Positions 1 to 8,472 of a stretch of 52,992 bases of DNA are shown here, piece by piece. Every line of letters starts with the position of its first letter. The stretch's first letter is position 1. A model generated the notes under the pieces. It did no database searches, was not told the DNA's origin, and saw nothing but the letters and a program-made list of their open reading frames with translations. A program made the translations under genes and the position numbers. The stretch covers positions 1 to 52,992 of the forward strand of contig JAMOTN010000081.1 of the NCBI GenBank assembly GCA_027062325.1. Reading direction: 5' to 3'. Source of the DNA: a bacterium. GTDB taxonomy: Bacteria > JAMOTN01.

Positions 1-1
1 T

Positions 2-862
2 CTTAAGCCAACTTATGGAACGGTTTCTAGATTTGGTTTAGTGGCATTTGCTTCTTCACTTGATCAGATTGCTCCTTTTGGAGATAGTGTTGATGTTACG
101 TATGAGGTGTTTGAGGCTATGAAAGGGGAAGATGAATTTGATGCTACTGCTGGTGCTTATGTTGGCGAAGTAAAAGAATTTGATGCGTCTTCTGCACGCG
201 TTGCAGTGCTTGGTGATTTTCTTGAGGAGGGAGTAGAGGATGCTATAAGAGAGAAGTTAGAAGAGGTTGCAGAGTTTTTTAAAGCAGATGTTATCAAATT
301 GGAAGAGTTGAAGTATACACCGGCTGCCTACTATATAATATCTCCGGCAGAAGCTTCTTCTAACTTGGCGCGCTACGATGGAATAAGATACGGAGAGAGA
401 AAAGAGGGAGAAACTGTTCACGAAATTATAAGAAACACCAGAGTAGAGGGATTTGGGGAAGAGGTAAAAAGGAGAATATTGATAGGAACGTTTGTTTTGA
501 GCTATGGTTATGAAGATAAGTTTTACAAAAAAGCGGTGGCATTCAGAAGACACCTTGTGAAAAGATTTGCGGAGATTTTTGAAAAGTACGATGTTATATT
601 AGCTCCAAGTGCGGTAGAGTTTCCCTTTGAGCCGGGACGTTACGAAGAAGATCCAGTGAAGGTTTACAAAGCTGATATTGCTACAATATTTGTGAATTTG
701 GCAGGGTTGCATGCATGGAGTGTTCCTGTAAAGACAGATAAATCTCGTTTTCCTGTTGGGATTCAATTAATCGGAAGATGGAATGAGGAGAGGTTTACTC
801 GGGATGTGGCGAATGTGGTTGAAGAGAATTTCGGTTATCGCGTTGGCGTTTTTAACGATTAG
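2..862 (+). CDS. gatA: Asp/Glu-tRNA amidotransferase subunit A, 5'-truncated by the window edge
   Basis: Frame is open from nt 2 (LKPTYGTVSRFGLVAFASSLDQI). GatA amidase motifs AEASSNLARYDGIRYG and GFGEEVKRRILIGTFVLS are present. Confidence 0.95.
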   Translation, partial: LKPTYGTVSRFGLVAFASSLDQIAPFGDSVDVTYEVFEAMKGEDEFDATAGAYVGEVKEFDASSARVAVLGDFLEEGVEDAIREKLEEVAEFFKADVIKLEELKYTPAAYYIISPAEASSNLARYDGIRYGERKEGETVHEIIRNTRVEGFGEEVKRRILIGTFVLSYGYEDKFYKKAVAFRRHLVKRFAEIFEKYDVILAPSAVEFPFEPGRYEEDPVKVYKADIATIFVNLAGLHAWSVPVKTDKSRFPVGIQLIGRWNEERFTRDVANVVEENFGYRVGVFND

Positions 863-1397
863 TGCTCTTGATTGGTTTGTAATGAGAGGGTTGATATGGC
901 CCTTTAAAGTATTTTCTATTTGGGAGATATTTCCTGCCAAAACCATACTTTTTGAAGAGCCTGTTAAAGGAGAGTTATTTTGGTTTCCGGGTTATCTCAA
1001 ATTGACAACTCCCATTTTGAGATTTAAGGGAAGTTGGAGTGAGAGAAAAAAGCACTTTATTGTGGAATATTACGGCATTTTTAATGGAACTGGAGAGGTT
1101 AGGTTTAACACTGATAGAATTGTAATATTGGATGGAAATGGTCAGGTAAAAGTGAATGTTAAAAAGTTGAATAAGATGCTTATAGGGCAGGGAGCAGCCC
1201 TAAAAGGAAATGTTGATGTAAAAGAAGCTCTGCAAAGTATGATGAAAAAGATTGAAGGGATAACGGTTGGAATGGATTGGTACTTTATGCGTCTTAAGGA
1301 GGGACGTTATGTTCTTGATGTATCCATAGGTAACAATGCTTATTCTGTGAGGATGTCGATTTATGGCTCAAATGAGATTGTGTTTAAAGGGTATTGA
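813..1397 (+). CDS. Hypothetical protein with N-terminal signal/anchor
   Basis: ORF 783-1397. ATG 813 gives MWLKRISVIALAFLTISA, a signal-like segment, and shortens the overlap with gatA. The body looks beta-rich. Start is uncertain. Confidence 0.6.
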   Translation: MWLKRISVIALAFLTISALDWFVMRGLIWPFKVFSIWEIFPAKTILFEEPVKGELFWFPGYLKLTTPILRFKGSWSERKKHFIVEYYGIFNGTGEVRFNTDRIVILDGNGQVKVNVKKLNKMLIGQGAALKGNVDVKEALQSMMKKIEGITVGMDWYFMRLKEGRYVLDVSIGNNAYSVRMSIYGSNEIVFKGY

Positions 1398-1836
1398 TGC
1401 CTTGGTTTTGGTTGTACTGCTGTTTACATTTTTAATTTTGTTAGGATGCGGCTTTGAAAAGAAGAAAGTTTCTGGTGATTTATCTTCTGAGAACAAGGTT
1501 GAGTCTTGTGAACAAAGATCTACAAGTTTAGAATTTAGTTCTCCTATATCTGATTATTACATATTTAGAAGATGGCTTTCTGCGAATTCTGGATTTAGTA
1601 GTGATGATCTGGCAGTTTTGGAAAGGAGTTTCAAAGAAGTATTATTGGGTAGAAAAATGTATAAGGATTGGAAAAGAGAGTATTTGTGGTTAGTTAAACA
1701 GAATGAGAATGTGTTTATGGAGAGTGTACTTAAGAGTGAGTGGTTGAGGGAGAAGTTAAAAGAGTGGGTTAAAATTAAGAGTAAAGGTAGCATATTGAGG
1801 TTGAATCATGCAACTTATGAAGGTGATATAGAGTGA
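1363..1836 (+). CDS. Putative lipoprotein
   Basis: Hydrophobic stretch ending in lipobox LLGC. The stop overlaps the next start codon. Start is uncertain. Confidence 0.65.
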   Translation: MAQMRLCLKGIDALVLVVLLFTFLILLGCGFEKKKVSGDLSSENKVESCEQRSTSLEFSSPISDYYIFRRWLSANSGFSSDDLAVLERSFKEVLLGRKMYKDWKREYLWLVKQNENVFMESVLKSEWLREKLKEWVKIKSKGSILRLNHATYEGDIE

Positions 1837-4433
1837 GAAACTTTATAAGGCTTAAAAGATCTGGTTTTATTCTGGGAGTTGTTCTTTCTGTAATTGCTAT
1901 TTTGATGACGTTGGGATTGTTGGTGACTTCTGTTGTTAGAAATGAAGTGTTTATGGTTTCGAAGGAGCAAGCGGACGAAGTTTTAATTAGTGCTTGTGAG
2001 GGAATACTAGCTGAGGTTATGTCTCAGGTTAGATTAGAAGCGAATTCGGCCTCAGGTGGTTCGATTTTTAATGCACTTAGAATGGGAGCAGGAGCTGGGG
2101 ATGTTGAAATACCTATTAAATTAAAGTACAGCAAAGATTTTGAAAGTTATTATCCCGGATTAAAGATAGAAAAAGTGAATGTGATTTTTGGAGGTAAGAA
2201 AAAGTTTGAAAAGCTTTTGACTGGTAAGAAGCGAAAGCCGGATCTTGTTGGATACGATAGAGCATGTTATGGGTGGATAAGAGTTGAAATTGTAGTGAGT
2301 TATAGGGGAAGAACAAAGAAATTGATAGCTATGTATGATGTGAAGGTTACACCATCTATACCTCCTGTTGCTAACTCTGTATTTTGTTTGTTGGATGCGG
2401 TGCATAGTAAATTCAACGTTTGGAAGGTTGAGGGGGGCTTCATAGAGAATCAATTCAAAGTTATGGAACGATTTAAGCCTGACATGAAGATGAAAAACTT
2501 CCGGCCACTTGTTTGGTTGGATTATGATTGGAGAGATGCTTTAGCAATAGACATAGATAAATTTTCAAAGGATCCGCTTTACTGGTATAAGTATGGTAGA
2601 AAACCAATTGTCATAAACGTTGCAGAGGATGAGTTTCCGTTCTTCTTTCTTGAAAAAGCTTCTATCTTCTATAAAAAAGTTTCGAGAAAGTTTCATTACC
2701 CCTCAATAACCAAGGTTGCTCTTTATGGAAATTTGAATAACTACTACAAACAGCTTCAGGCTCTGTTTGAGAAAAATAGTCCCTCCAAATCAAAGATGTT
2801 AAGTTGGGCCAGTGATGAGGTGCCATACGTCTTTAGTAAAATTGTATTTTCAGATGCTCAGCTTTTCAAACGCCCTGTTAAGATAGATGACGATTACGTA
2901 TTGCCGGGTTATGTTGATTATTTTGCTTCCTTAAAGAGATATGTTGCCTCTAAACTAAGAGGGAGGCATACTTGGAAAGAAGATCCGCTGTACTTTGACA
3001 GAGCTGGTTTTGTGGCATGGGGTTATGATGAGAGGTTTAATTATGGTGGAGCGGAAAACTATTTTGGAATGAGTGGTTGGGAAGGTAAAGGGGAGAAGTA
3101 TTTTCAAAAGTGTGTGGTTTTGGATAAGGGAAGGTTGAGAATGCAATTTGACTATAATTCCCTGAGCAGTTCTGCGTCTGTTCCCACAGTCTATACAACA
3201 GGATTTTTGGTAAATGTTGGTGGAGTAATTTCGGATGATTATACCGGCCCTGTGGTTTTTCCATTTACACCTAAAAGATGCATATTTCCCAATCAGTTTT
3301 ATCGTGAAGAGAAGGCTAAAAAAAATTTGGTTTCTAAGTTTTTAGGATTTTTTAAAGGTATTTTTAACAAGAAAGAAGTAAGTAAGTTTACACCTATATA
3401 TGGAAGTAGAAAACCAGTTAATTTGTCGAGTTTTAAGGTTGGGTACGATTTGCCACGCGGAGCAAGTGGGATGTGCCCGAATGTTAAAGGAACAAAAGAT
3501 GAGGTGGTGCCAGCTCCAAAGTGCTTTGTTTCTCATAGTGGGGATTACAAAAGTTACTTTCAAAGTAAGCCGATATTGATGCCACTTTCACTCATAGGAC
3601 TTTTAGAAGGGGCTGATAAAAATTCAGGTTTTGTGACTCCTCTTTTAGAGGATATGTTAACAGAGGAGATGGCTTCGCACGTTTTTGCGGGGCCACGTCA
3701 ATTCTTGGAGTATTTAAAAATGAAGGGATACCTTATAAATGCTGGAAATTATCATGTACTTAATCTTGCAGGAATATGGTACATAATGGGATGTCCTGAT
3801 GATATGGCTTCTCCTAGTGAAGCTAACACTATAAAGTTACCTTCTGATCTGGTATATCGTGGTAGGGGAATGATTATAAGTACAGCAGGGAGTCCAATAA
3901 AGATTGATGGTCTTTACAAAGGAGCGCCGTATGCAGGAGCAGCTCCTGTAAGATCTGTTATAACGGTGGGGATTCCGAATACTAAAATTGCAGAGCTTTT
4001 AGCAGGGCCGATGGTACCTGAAGAGTTTAGACCTTCTCCTTCCATAACTGTTACCCAGAAGCCAGTATTTGCTTCTCTTGTTGCCACACTTCCTGAGTGG
4101 GCAGGAGAGGGAAGGCGCGGTGGAAATTTGAAATTTGATCCAGCTGGTCAAATAGATGATTTTAAAAGTTACTTTTCAAGCATCAATGGGTTGGACGATG
4201 AGGTTGTATCATTGTTTAAGGATATGCGAGATTTATCAAGAGGAGTTAATATATGGGGAAATGCTGTTTTGGGATGTATAAATTTGGAAGCGTTGAGTCG
4301 AGGTGGTTATTTGAATTACGATCCCAACCTTATTCCCTCAAGTGGAGGCGCAAGTTCTGTTTATTCTTATTACGTATCCGTATCTTATAAACCGTTTTAC
4401 TGGAAGATATACGCTGAGATTAGGAATAATTAG
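1833..4433 (+). CDS. Large PilX/GspK-like protein with prepilin (class III) N-terminus
   Basis: N-terminus MRNFIRLKRSG|FILGVVLSVIAILMTLGLL has a basic leader, a G|F cleavage site and a hydrophobic helix without Glu5. A PilX-like amphipathic helix follows (ACEGILAEV). 866 aa. Confidence 0.65.
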   Translation: MRNFIRLKRSGFILGVVLSVIAILMTLGLLVTSVVRNEVFMVSKEQADEVLISACEGILAEVMSQVRLEANSASGGSIFNALRMGAGAGDVEIPIKLKYSKDFESYYPGLKIEKVNVIFGGKKKFEKLLTGKKRKPDLVGYDRACYGWIRVEIVVSYRGRTKKLIAMYDVKVTPSIPPVANSVFCLLDAVHSKFNVWKVEGGFIENQFKVMERFKPDMKMKNFRPLVWLDYDWRDALAIDIDKFSKDPLYWYKYGRKPIVINVAEDEFPFFFLEKASIFYKKVSRKFHYPSITKVALYGNLNNYYKQLQALFEKNSPSKSKMLSWASDEVPYVFSKIVFSDAQLFKRPVKIDDDYVLPGYVDYFASLKRYVASKLRGRHTWKEDPLYFDRAGFVAWGYDERFNYGGAENYFGMSGWEGKGEKYFQKCVVLDKGRLRMQFDYNSLSSSASVPTVYTTGFLVNVGGVISDDYTGPVVFPFTPKRCIFPNQFYREEKAKKNLVSKFLGFFKGIFNKKEVSKFTPIYGSRKPVNLSSFKVGYDLPRGASGMCPNVKGTKDEVVPAPKCFVSHSGDYKSYFQSKPILMPLSLIGLLEGADKNSGFVTPLLEDMLTEEMASHVFAGPRQFLEYLKMKGYLINAGNYHVLNLAGIWYIMGCPDDMASPSEANTIKLPSDLVYRGRGMIISTAGSPIKIDGLYKGAPYAGAAPVRSVITVGIPNTKIAELLAGPMVPEEFRPSPSITVTQKPVFASLVATLPEWAGEGRRGGNLKFDPAGQIDDFKSYFSSINGLDDEVVSLFKDMRDLSRGVNIWGNAVLGCINLEALSRGGYLNYDPNLIPSSGGASSVYSYYVSVSYKPFYWKIYAEIRNN

Positions 4434-4545
4434 TTTAATTGCTGATGACAATGTAGAGCATTTATTTTGAAGATAGTGTGGGTTGAACTGAGAGGGTGTA
4501 CGTTGTTTTATTTGGAATTTTTGGGAGGCATTTGAAGGTGATAAT

Positions 4546-4836
4546 ATGGCGGCCTTTGTTAATGCTGTGGTTGTGTTTCTAAGAAGAGACTTTACAAATC
4601 TTAAAGAAAAAAGAATGATAACACGACGGGTTGAGGATAGGTTTAAAAGGGATAATTGGCGTTCGGTTCTTCAAGTGAATAGGAATGATCCTAAAGTTAT
4701 CGAGTTTGCTGTGGCAGTTGTGGGGTTTTCCCCGTTAGATGCCAAGCAGCGTTTTGAAAAAACTCTTACTGTACTAGAAGAGATTATCGATGCTGATGTT
4801 TATGCGTTGGATGTTGAGGAAGTGGCTCTTTCTTAG
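4546..4836 (+). CDS. DUF503 (YlxP-like) protein
   Basis: 96 aa with NLKEKR motif, in the conserved position just upstream of rbfA. GAAGGTG SD. Confidence 0.75.
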   Translation: MAAFVNAVVVFLRRDFTNLKEKRMITRRVEDRFKRDNWRSVLQVNRNDPKVIEFAVAVVGFSPLDAKQRFEKTLTVLEEIIDADVYALDVEEVALS

Positions 4837-4843
4837 GTGGAAT

Positions 4844-4852
4844 ATGGTAAAA
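4844..4852 (+). promoter_or_regulatory. Extended -10 promoter element upstream of rbfA
   Basis: TGgTAAAAT; no good -35 element. Confidence 0.35.
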
Positions 4853-4918
4853 TAAAAGGCTGGCTTAAAAGCAAATTTGGGTTTAGCAGTAAATTCTTAC
4901 TACAAATAATGAGTGGTG

Positions 4919-5374
4919 ATGACTATGGAAAGTAGAAGGTTGCATAAACTTGAAAAGGAGCTGCAGCGAACAGTTGCTAAGATAATAGCTTCTCTGAAAG
5001 ATCCGCGAGTCCAGTTTGTTAGTGTTGTTGATGTGAAGCTTTCAAAGGATATGCGATACTTAGATGTATATGTTTCTGTTCTGGATTCTTCTAAAAAGGA
5101 AGAATTGAAAGCTGTTCTAAAGAAGGCACAGGGATTTATAAGGCGTCAAATTCCAAATTACATGCGTTTGAGGATAGTACCTCAAGTTAGAGTAAAGTTG
5201 GATGAATCGATAGAGCGTGGAAGTAGAGTTCTTCAGATAATTAAGAAGTTGAGACGTGAGAGGGGAGAAGATGATGATTTGAGCCATGACGTTGGTGATG
5301 GAGCCGAAATTCCAGAATTGGTTGGTGAATTGGTGAAAGAAGACTCCAAAAGTGATTCAGAGCAAGTGGATTAA
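4919..5374 (+). CDS. rbfA: Ribosome-binding factor A with acidic C-terminal tail
   Basis: Motifs LKDPRV, VKLSKDMRYLDVYVS, AQGFIR, LRIVPQV and DESIERG. Start could be 4913, 4919 or 4925. Confidence 0.95.
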   Translation: MTMESRRLHKLEKELQRTVAKIIASLKDPRVQFVSVVDVKLSKDMRYLDVYVSVLDSSKKEELKAVLKKAQGFIRRQIPNYMRLRIVPQVRVKLDESIERGSRVLQIIKKLRRERGEDDDLSHDVGDGAEIPELVGELVKEDSKSDSEQVD

Positions 5375-5382
5375 AGGAAATT

Positions 5383-6480
5383 ATGTTGGCTGGAGGCTTG
5401 ATGGATATGGTTGAGTTTGGGGTTGAAAAATTACTCAAGGATGAGAGCTTTGTTAAATTAGAAAGGATAAGAGAAAAGGGCAAAGAGATAAGAAAGGCCT
5501 TGAGTGGGAAAAGAGTTTTTATAGCCTCTCATACTAATCCGGATGGAGATGCCATAGGTTCTGCTGCTGGTTTCTATTCGTTGTTAAGTGCAGCCAAAGA
5601 GCAGGGAAAGTTGGATTTAGAGATTGAATTTTGGGTACCTGGGTTTAATGGCGGGGTTTTATTCGGGAAAATGGAAGAGTTGGGACTTGAAATGACTAAA
5701 AATCCTTTTGAAGCTTTAAGGTGGGCTGAAGTTGTAGTTGTTTTAGATACCCCTGTTCCTAAGCTTGCTTTCTATCAATCTAGGGAATTTGAGGGTTTGG
5801 ATATTGAAAAAGTTTTGAGTGATAAATTCCTCATAGTTATAGACCACCATATTGATGGAAATTTAGAGGGAAATATAACTCTGCGTGAGCTATTTTCTTC
5901 AACTTGTGAAATAGTAACATGGCTTCATCTGTTAGCTTTTGATGATGTAGCTTTGACAGAGAGAGAAAGCTTTTTCTTGCAAGTAGGGAGTTTTACTGAT
6001 ACAGGGAGTTTTCAGTTTGATTACGTAGAAGAGACGGCTTTTGTTGCCATGGCTTTTCTCACAAAAATTTTGAAGCCCAGCAGTGTTGCTAGGTGCGTTT
6101 TTTGGTCGGATAGAGATGAGAAGTTTGAGTTAAAGAAGTCTTACTATGGGAAGGTAGATTTTACTGCGGATGGCAAGTTAGCTATATTGATAGCCGATGA
6201 GACTATGGTTGAACTTATGAACAATTTGGAGAAGGTAGAGGTTGAAGATATTGTAAATGAAGCTTTGAGATTAAAGGATGTAGAGGCAGTTTTATTTGCT
6301 TATCCTGTTGAGAATGGGAAGTTTAAAGTGAGTTTAAGAGCAAAGACCGCGCGTGTTAACGAAGTTGCTCGTGAGTTTGGTGGCGGTGGGCATGTAAGAG
6401 CTGCAGGTTGCGTACTAGATGAGGAGTTGCTGCCACAGCTTATAGAAAAAATGCAAGCTCTTGTTGAGAAAGAGGTCTGA
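5383..6480 (+). CDS. nrnA: DHH-family oligoribonuclease/pAp phosphatase
   Basis: Motifs HTNPDGDAIGS, LDTP, IDHH, DTGSF, VSLRA and GGGGHVRAAG. Follows rbfA. Confidence 0.9.
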   Translation: MLAGGLMDMVEFGVEKLLKDESFVKLERIREKGKEIRKALSGKRVFIASHTNPDGDAIGSAAGFYSLLSAAKEQGKLDLEIEFWVPGFNGGVLFGKMEELGLEMTKNPFEALRWAEVVVVLDTPVPKLAFYQSREFEGLDIEKVLSDKFLIVIDHHIDGNLEGNITLRELFSSTCEIVTWLHLLAFDDVALTERESFFLQVGSFTDTGSFQFDYVEETAFVAMAFLTKILKPSSVARCVFWSDRDEKFELKKSYYGKVDFTADGKLAILIADETMVELMNNLEKVEVEDIVNEALRLKDVEAVLFAYPVENGKFKVSLRAKTARVNEVAREFGGGGHVRAAGCVLDEELLPQLIEKMQALVEKEV

Positions 6481-7420
6481 CGTCTTTTAATAGTTTTTGA
6501 GCAACTGTTTTGTCGCTTTCTAAGAATCTTTTTAGTTCTTTTAAGGAAGTAAATTGCTTTGAGGGACGTATGAATTTATGGAAAAGAACAGTGATATTTT
6601 TGCCATATATGTCGCGATTAAAGTTTAGTATGTGCGTTTCAAGTGTTGAATTTTCGGTATATGGGTAGGAATCTCCTATAAATGTTAGTGAGTTAAAAGG
6701 TTCTCCCTCAATTAATGTGGATGTTAGGTACACACCTTCTTTTGGCAAGAAACGGAAAGCTTCCAAAGTTCCATTTGCGGTTGCAAAGCCCATTTTTCTA
6801 CCTATACCTTTTCCTTTTATCACTTTATAGCTGATGGAATAGGGGCGACCAAGTAATTCTCTAACTTCATCTAATTTGTTTGAAGAAATAAGTTTTTTTA
6901 TGAAAGAAGTAGATATCAACGATGAGGAGTCTCCTTTTAAATTGGGGAAGTCAGATAGTGCTAGTGGTGGGACTTGGATTATGGAGATGTTCTTAATGTT
7001 TGCCCAGACTTGTATGGGAAAGGAGATATGTTTATGCTTGAAAGTGCGGGGGGTTTTTCTTTTTCCAAAGTTAGAGTCGTAGCCGACGACTATTATTGAA
7101 AAGTTGCATATTCTGTGCAATTTTTCTAAGAATAGATCTACTGTTAAATTTTTAATCTTTGGAAATTCGAATACTAGGAGTTTGGGTTTGTTAATGTTAA
7201 GGCGTTTTGAAAGTAGTTTTGTGAAATTCTCCAAGAATTTAATTCTTTCGTTTAGAGTGAATATAAAGTGTTCACCGCTGAGGTATGATTTTGGTGGAAT
7301 GTCAAATGTTATTACACATGAATTTTGAAATCTTGAAAGCATCTTTATTAATTCTTGATGAGCAATATGAAGAGAATCAAATGATCCCACAGTTATTGCG
7401 CAGTTTTTATTGTTTAACAT
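6440..7420 (-). CDS. ribF: Bifunctional riboflavin kinase/FAD synthetase
   Basis: Motifs GSFDSLHIAHQ, VGYDSNFG, ISTSFIK, LLGRPY, GKGIGRKMGFATAN, ETHILNF and FIRP. Downstream of truB. Confidence 0.9.
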   Translation of the reverse strand: MLNNKNCAITVGSFDSLHIAHQELIKMLSRFQNSCVITFDIPPKSYLSGEHFIFTLNERIKFLENFTKLLSKRLNINKPKLLVFEFPKIKNLTVDLFLEKLHRICNFSIIVVGYDSNFGKRKTPRTFKHKHISFPIQVWANIKNISIIQVPPLALSDFPNLKGDSSSLISTSFIKKLISSNKLDEVRELLGRPYSISYKVIKGKGIGRKMGFATANGTLEAFRFLPKEGVYLTSTLIEGEPFNSLTFIGDSYPYTENSTLETHILNFNRDIYGKNITVLFHKFIRPSKQFTSLKELKRFLESDKTVAQKLLKDVRPLSQQELAFFL

Positions 7421-7433
7421 CGAAAACCTCCCT

Positions 7434-8333
7434 CTATCTTTTTAAAAACACCTTTTCAGGTTTGATTACGCCTTTGAAGGCATCCACAATAGCCACAAAT
7501 TCTCCGTCAGGGGAAATTAGCTTAACTTTTCCATTTAATTCAAGTTTTGTTTGGACGACTTGTCCATTAGCAATTTTGGATACAACTTCCCATGAAGCTT
7601 TGAAAGTTGGAAGGAAGTAGAGTGCTTTGTTCATATTGAGTAAAAAGCTTTCTTCTTTGAAAACAGCCTTTTTGATGTCTTCGAGAGTTAATGCTTTGTT
7701 CAAGGAAAAATCACCAACCGCTACTCTTACCAGCTTTTTCACGGTAGAAGGAATTCCAAGAGTTTCTCCTATATCAACTGCAATTTGGCGAGCGTAGACT
7801 CCTTTCCCCGTTATTAGCTCAATTACTGCAATATTATCTTCTAGGCTTCTTAGAGTTATAGATTTGACGAAAACTTTTCTTGGGGATCTTACAACTTCTA
7901 CACCTTTTCTAGCTAATTTGTATAACCTTTTTCCTTTATGTTTTACAGCCGAAAACATAGGTGGAATTTGCTCTATCCATCCTTGAAATTTTGAAAGAAC
8001 GGAGTTAATTTTATCCTCTGACAACTCGAACTCTTTTTTCTCTTCAATTACTTCTCCTTCTAAATCTCCCGTGTTTGTTTTGATTCCAAATAAAACATGC
8101 ATTATGTAGAATTTTTCAAGATTTTGAAAGTACTCTGCTAGTCTGGTGGCTTTACCAACTAAAGTGACTAGAATGCCTTCTGCAGCTGGATCAAGTGTTC
8201 CTGCGTGTCCTACTTTTTTAAAACCGGTAATGTTTTTAAATTCATTTAGAAATTTTGCAGAAGATATGCCTGGAGGTTTGATTAGTGCCACAACCCCTGA
8301 AGGGTGTTCAAGGCTATCCATAGTGGGGTTCAC
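7434..8333 (-). CDS. truB: tRNA pseudouridine(55) synthase
   Basis: Motifs KVGHAGTLDPAAEG, QIPPMFSAVKHKGKRLYKLARKG and GKGVYAR, plus a C-terminal PUA-like region. AAGGAG SD before the GTG start. Confidence 0.95.
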   Translation of the reverse strand: MNPTMDSLEHPSGVVALIKPPGISSAKFLNEFKNITGFKKVGHAGTLDPAAEGILVTLVGKATRLAEYFQNLEKFYIMHVLFGIKTNTGDLEGEVIEEKKEFELSEDKINSVLSKFQGWIEQIPPMFSAVKHKGKRLYKLARKGVEVVRSPRKVFVKSITLRSLEDNIAVIELITGKGVYARQIAVDIGETLGIPSTVKKLVRVAVGDFSLNKALTLEDIKKAVFKEESFLLNMNKALYFLPTFKASWEVVSKIANGQVVQTKLELNGKVKLISPDGEFVAIVDAFKGVIKPEKVFLKR

Positions 8334-8383
8334 ACTCCTTCCTAATTTAGGCTTTGAGGAATAAACAGATAAAATAATGCTTT

Positions 8384-8392
8384 TGATATAAT
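8384..8392 (+). promoter_or_regulatory. Extended -10 promoter for the transglutaminase-like operon
   Basis: TGaTATAAT in the divergent intergenic region. Confidence 0.45.
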
Positions 8393-8472
8393 CTTACAAC
8401 AAAGGAATAAGGAAGGTAAATTGGCAAATATGAGAAGTGAAAATATGTATTTTGGTAGGAGGTGCTAACTAC

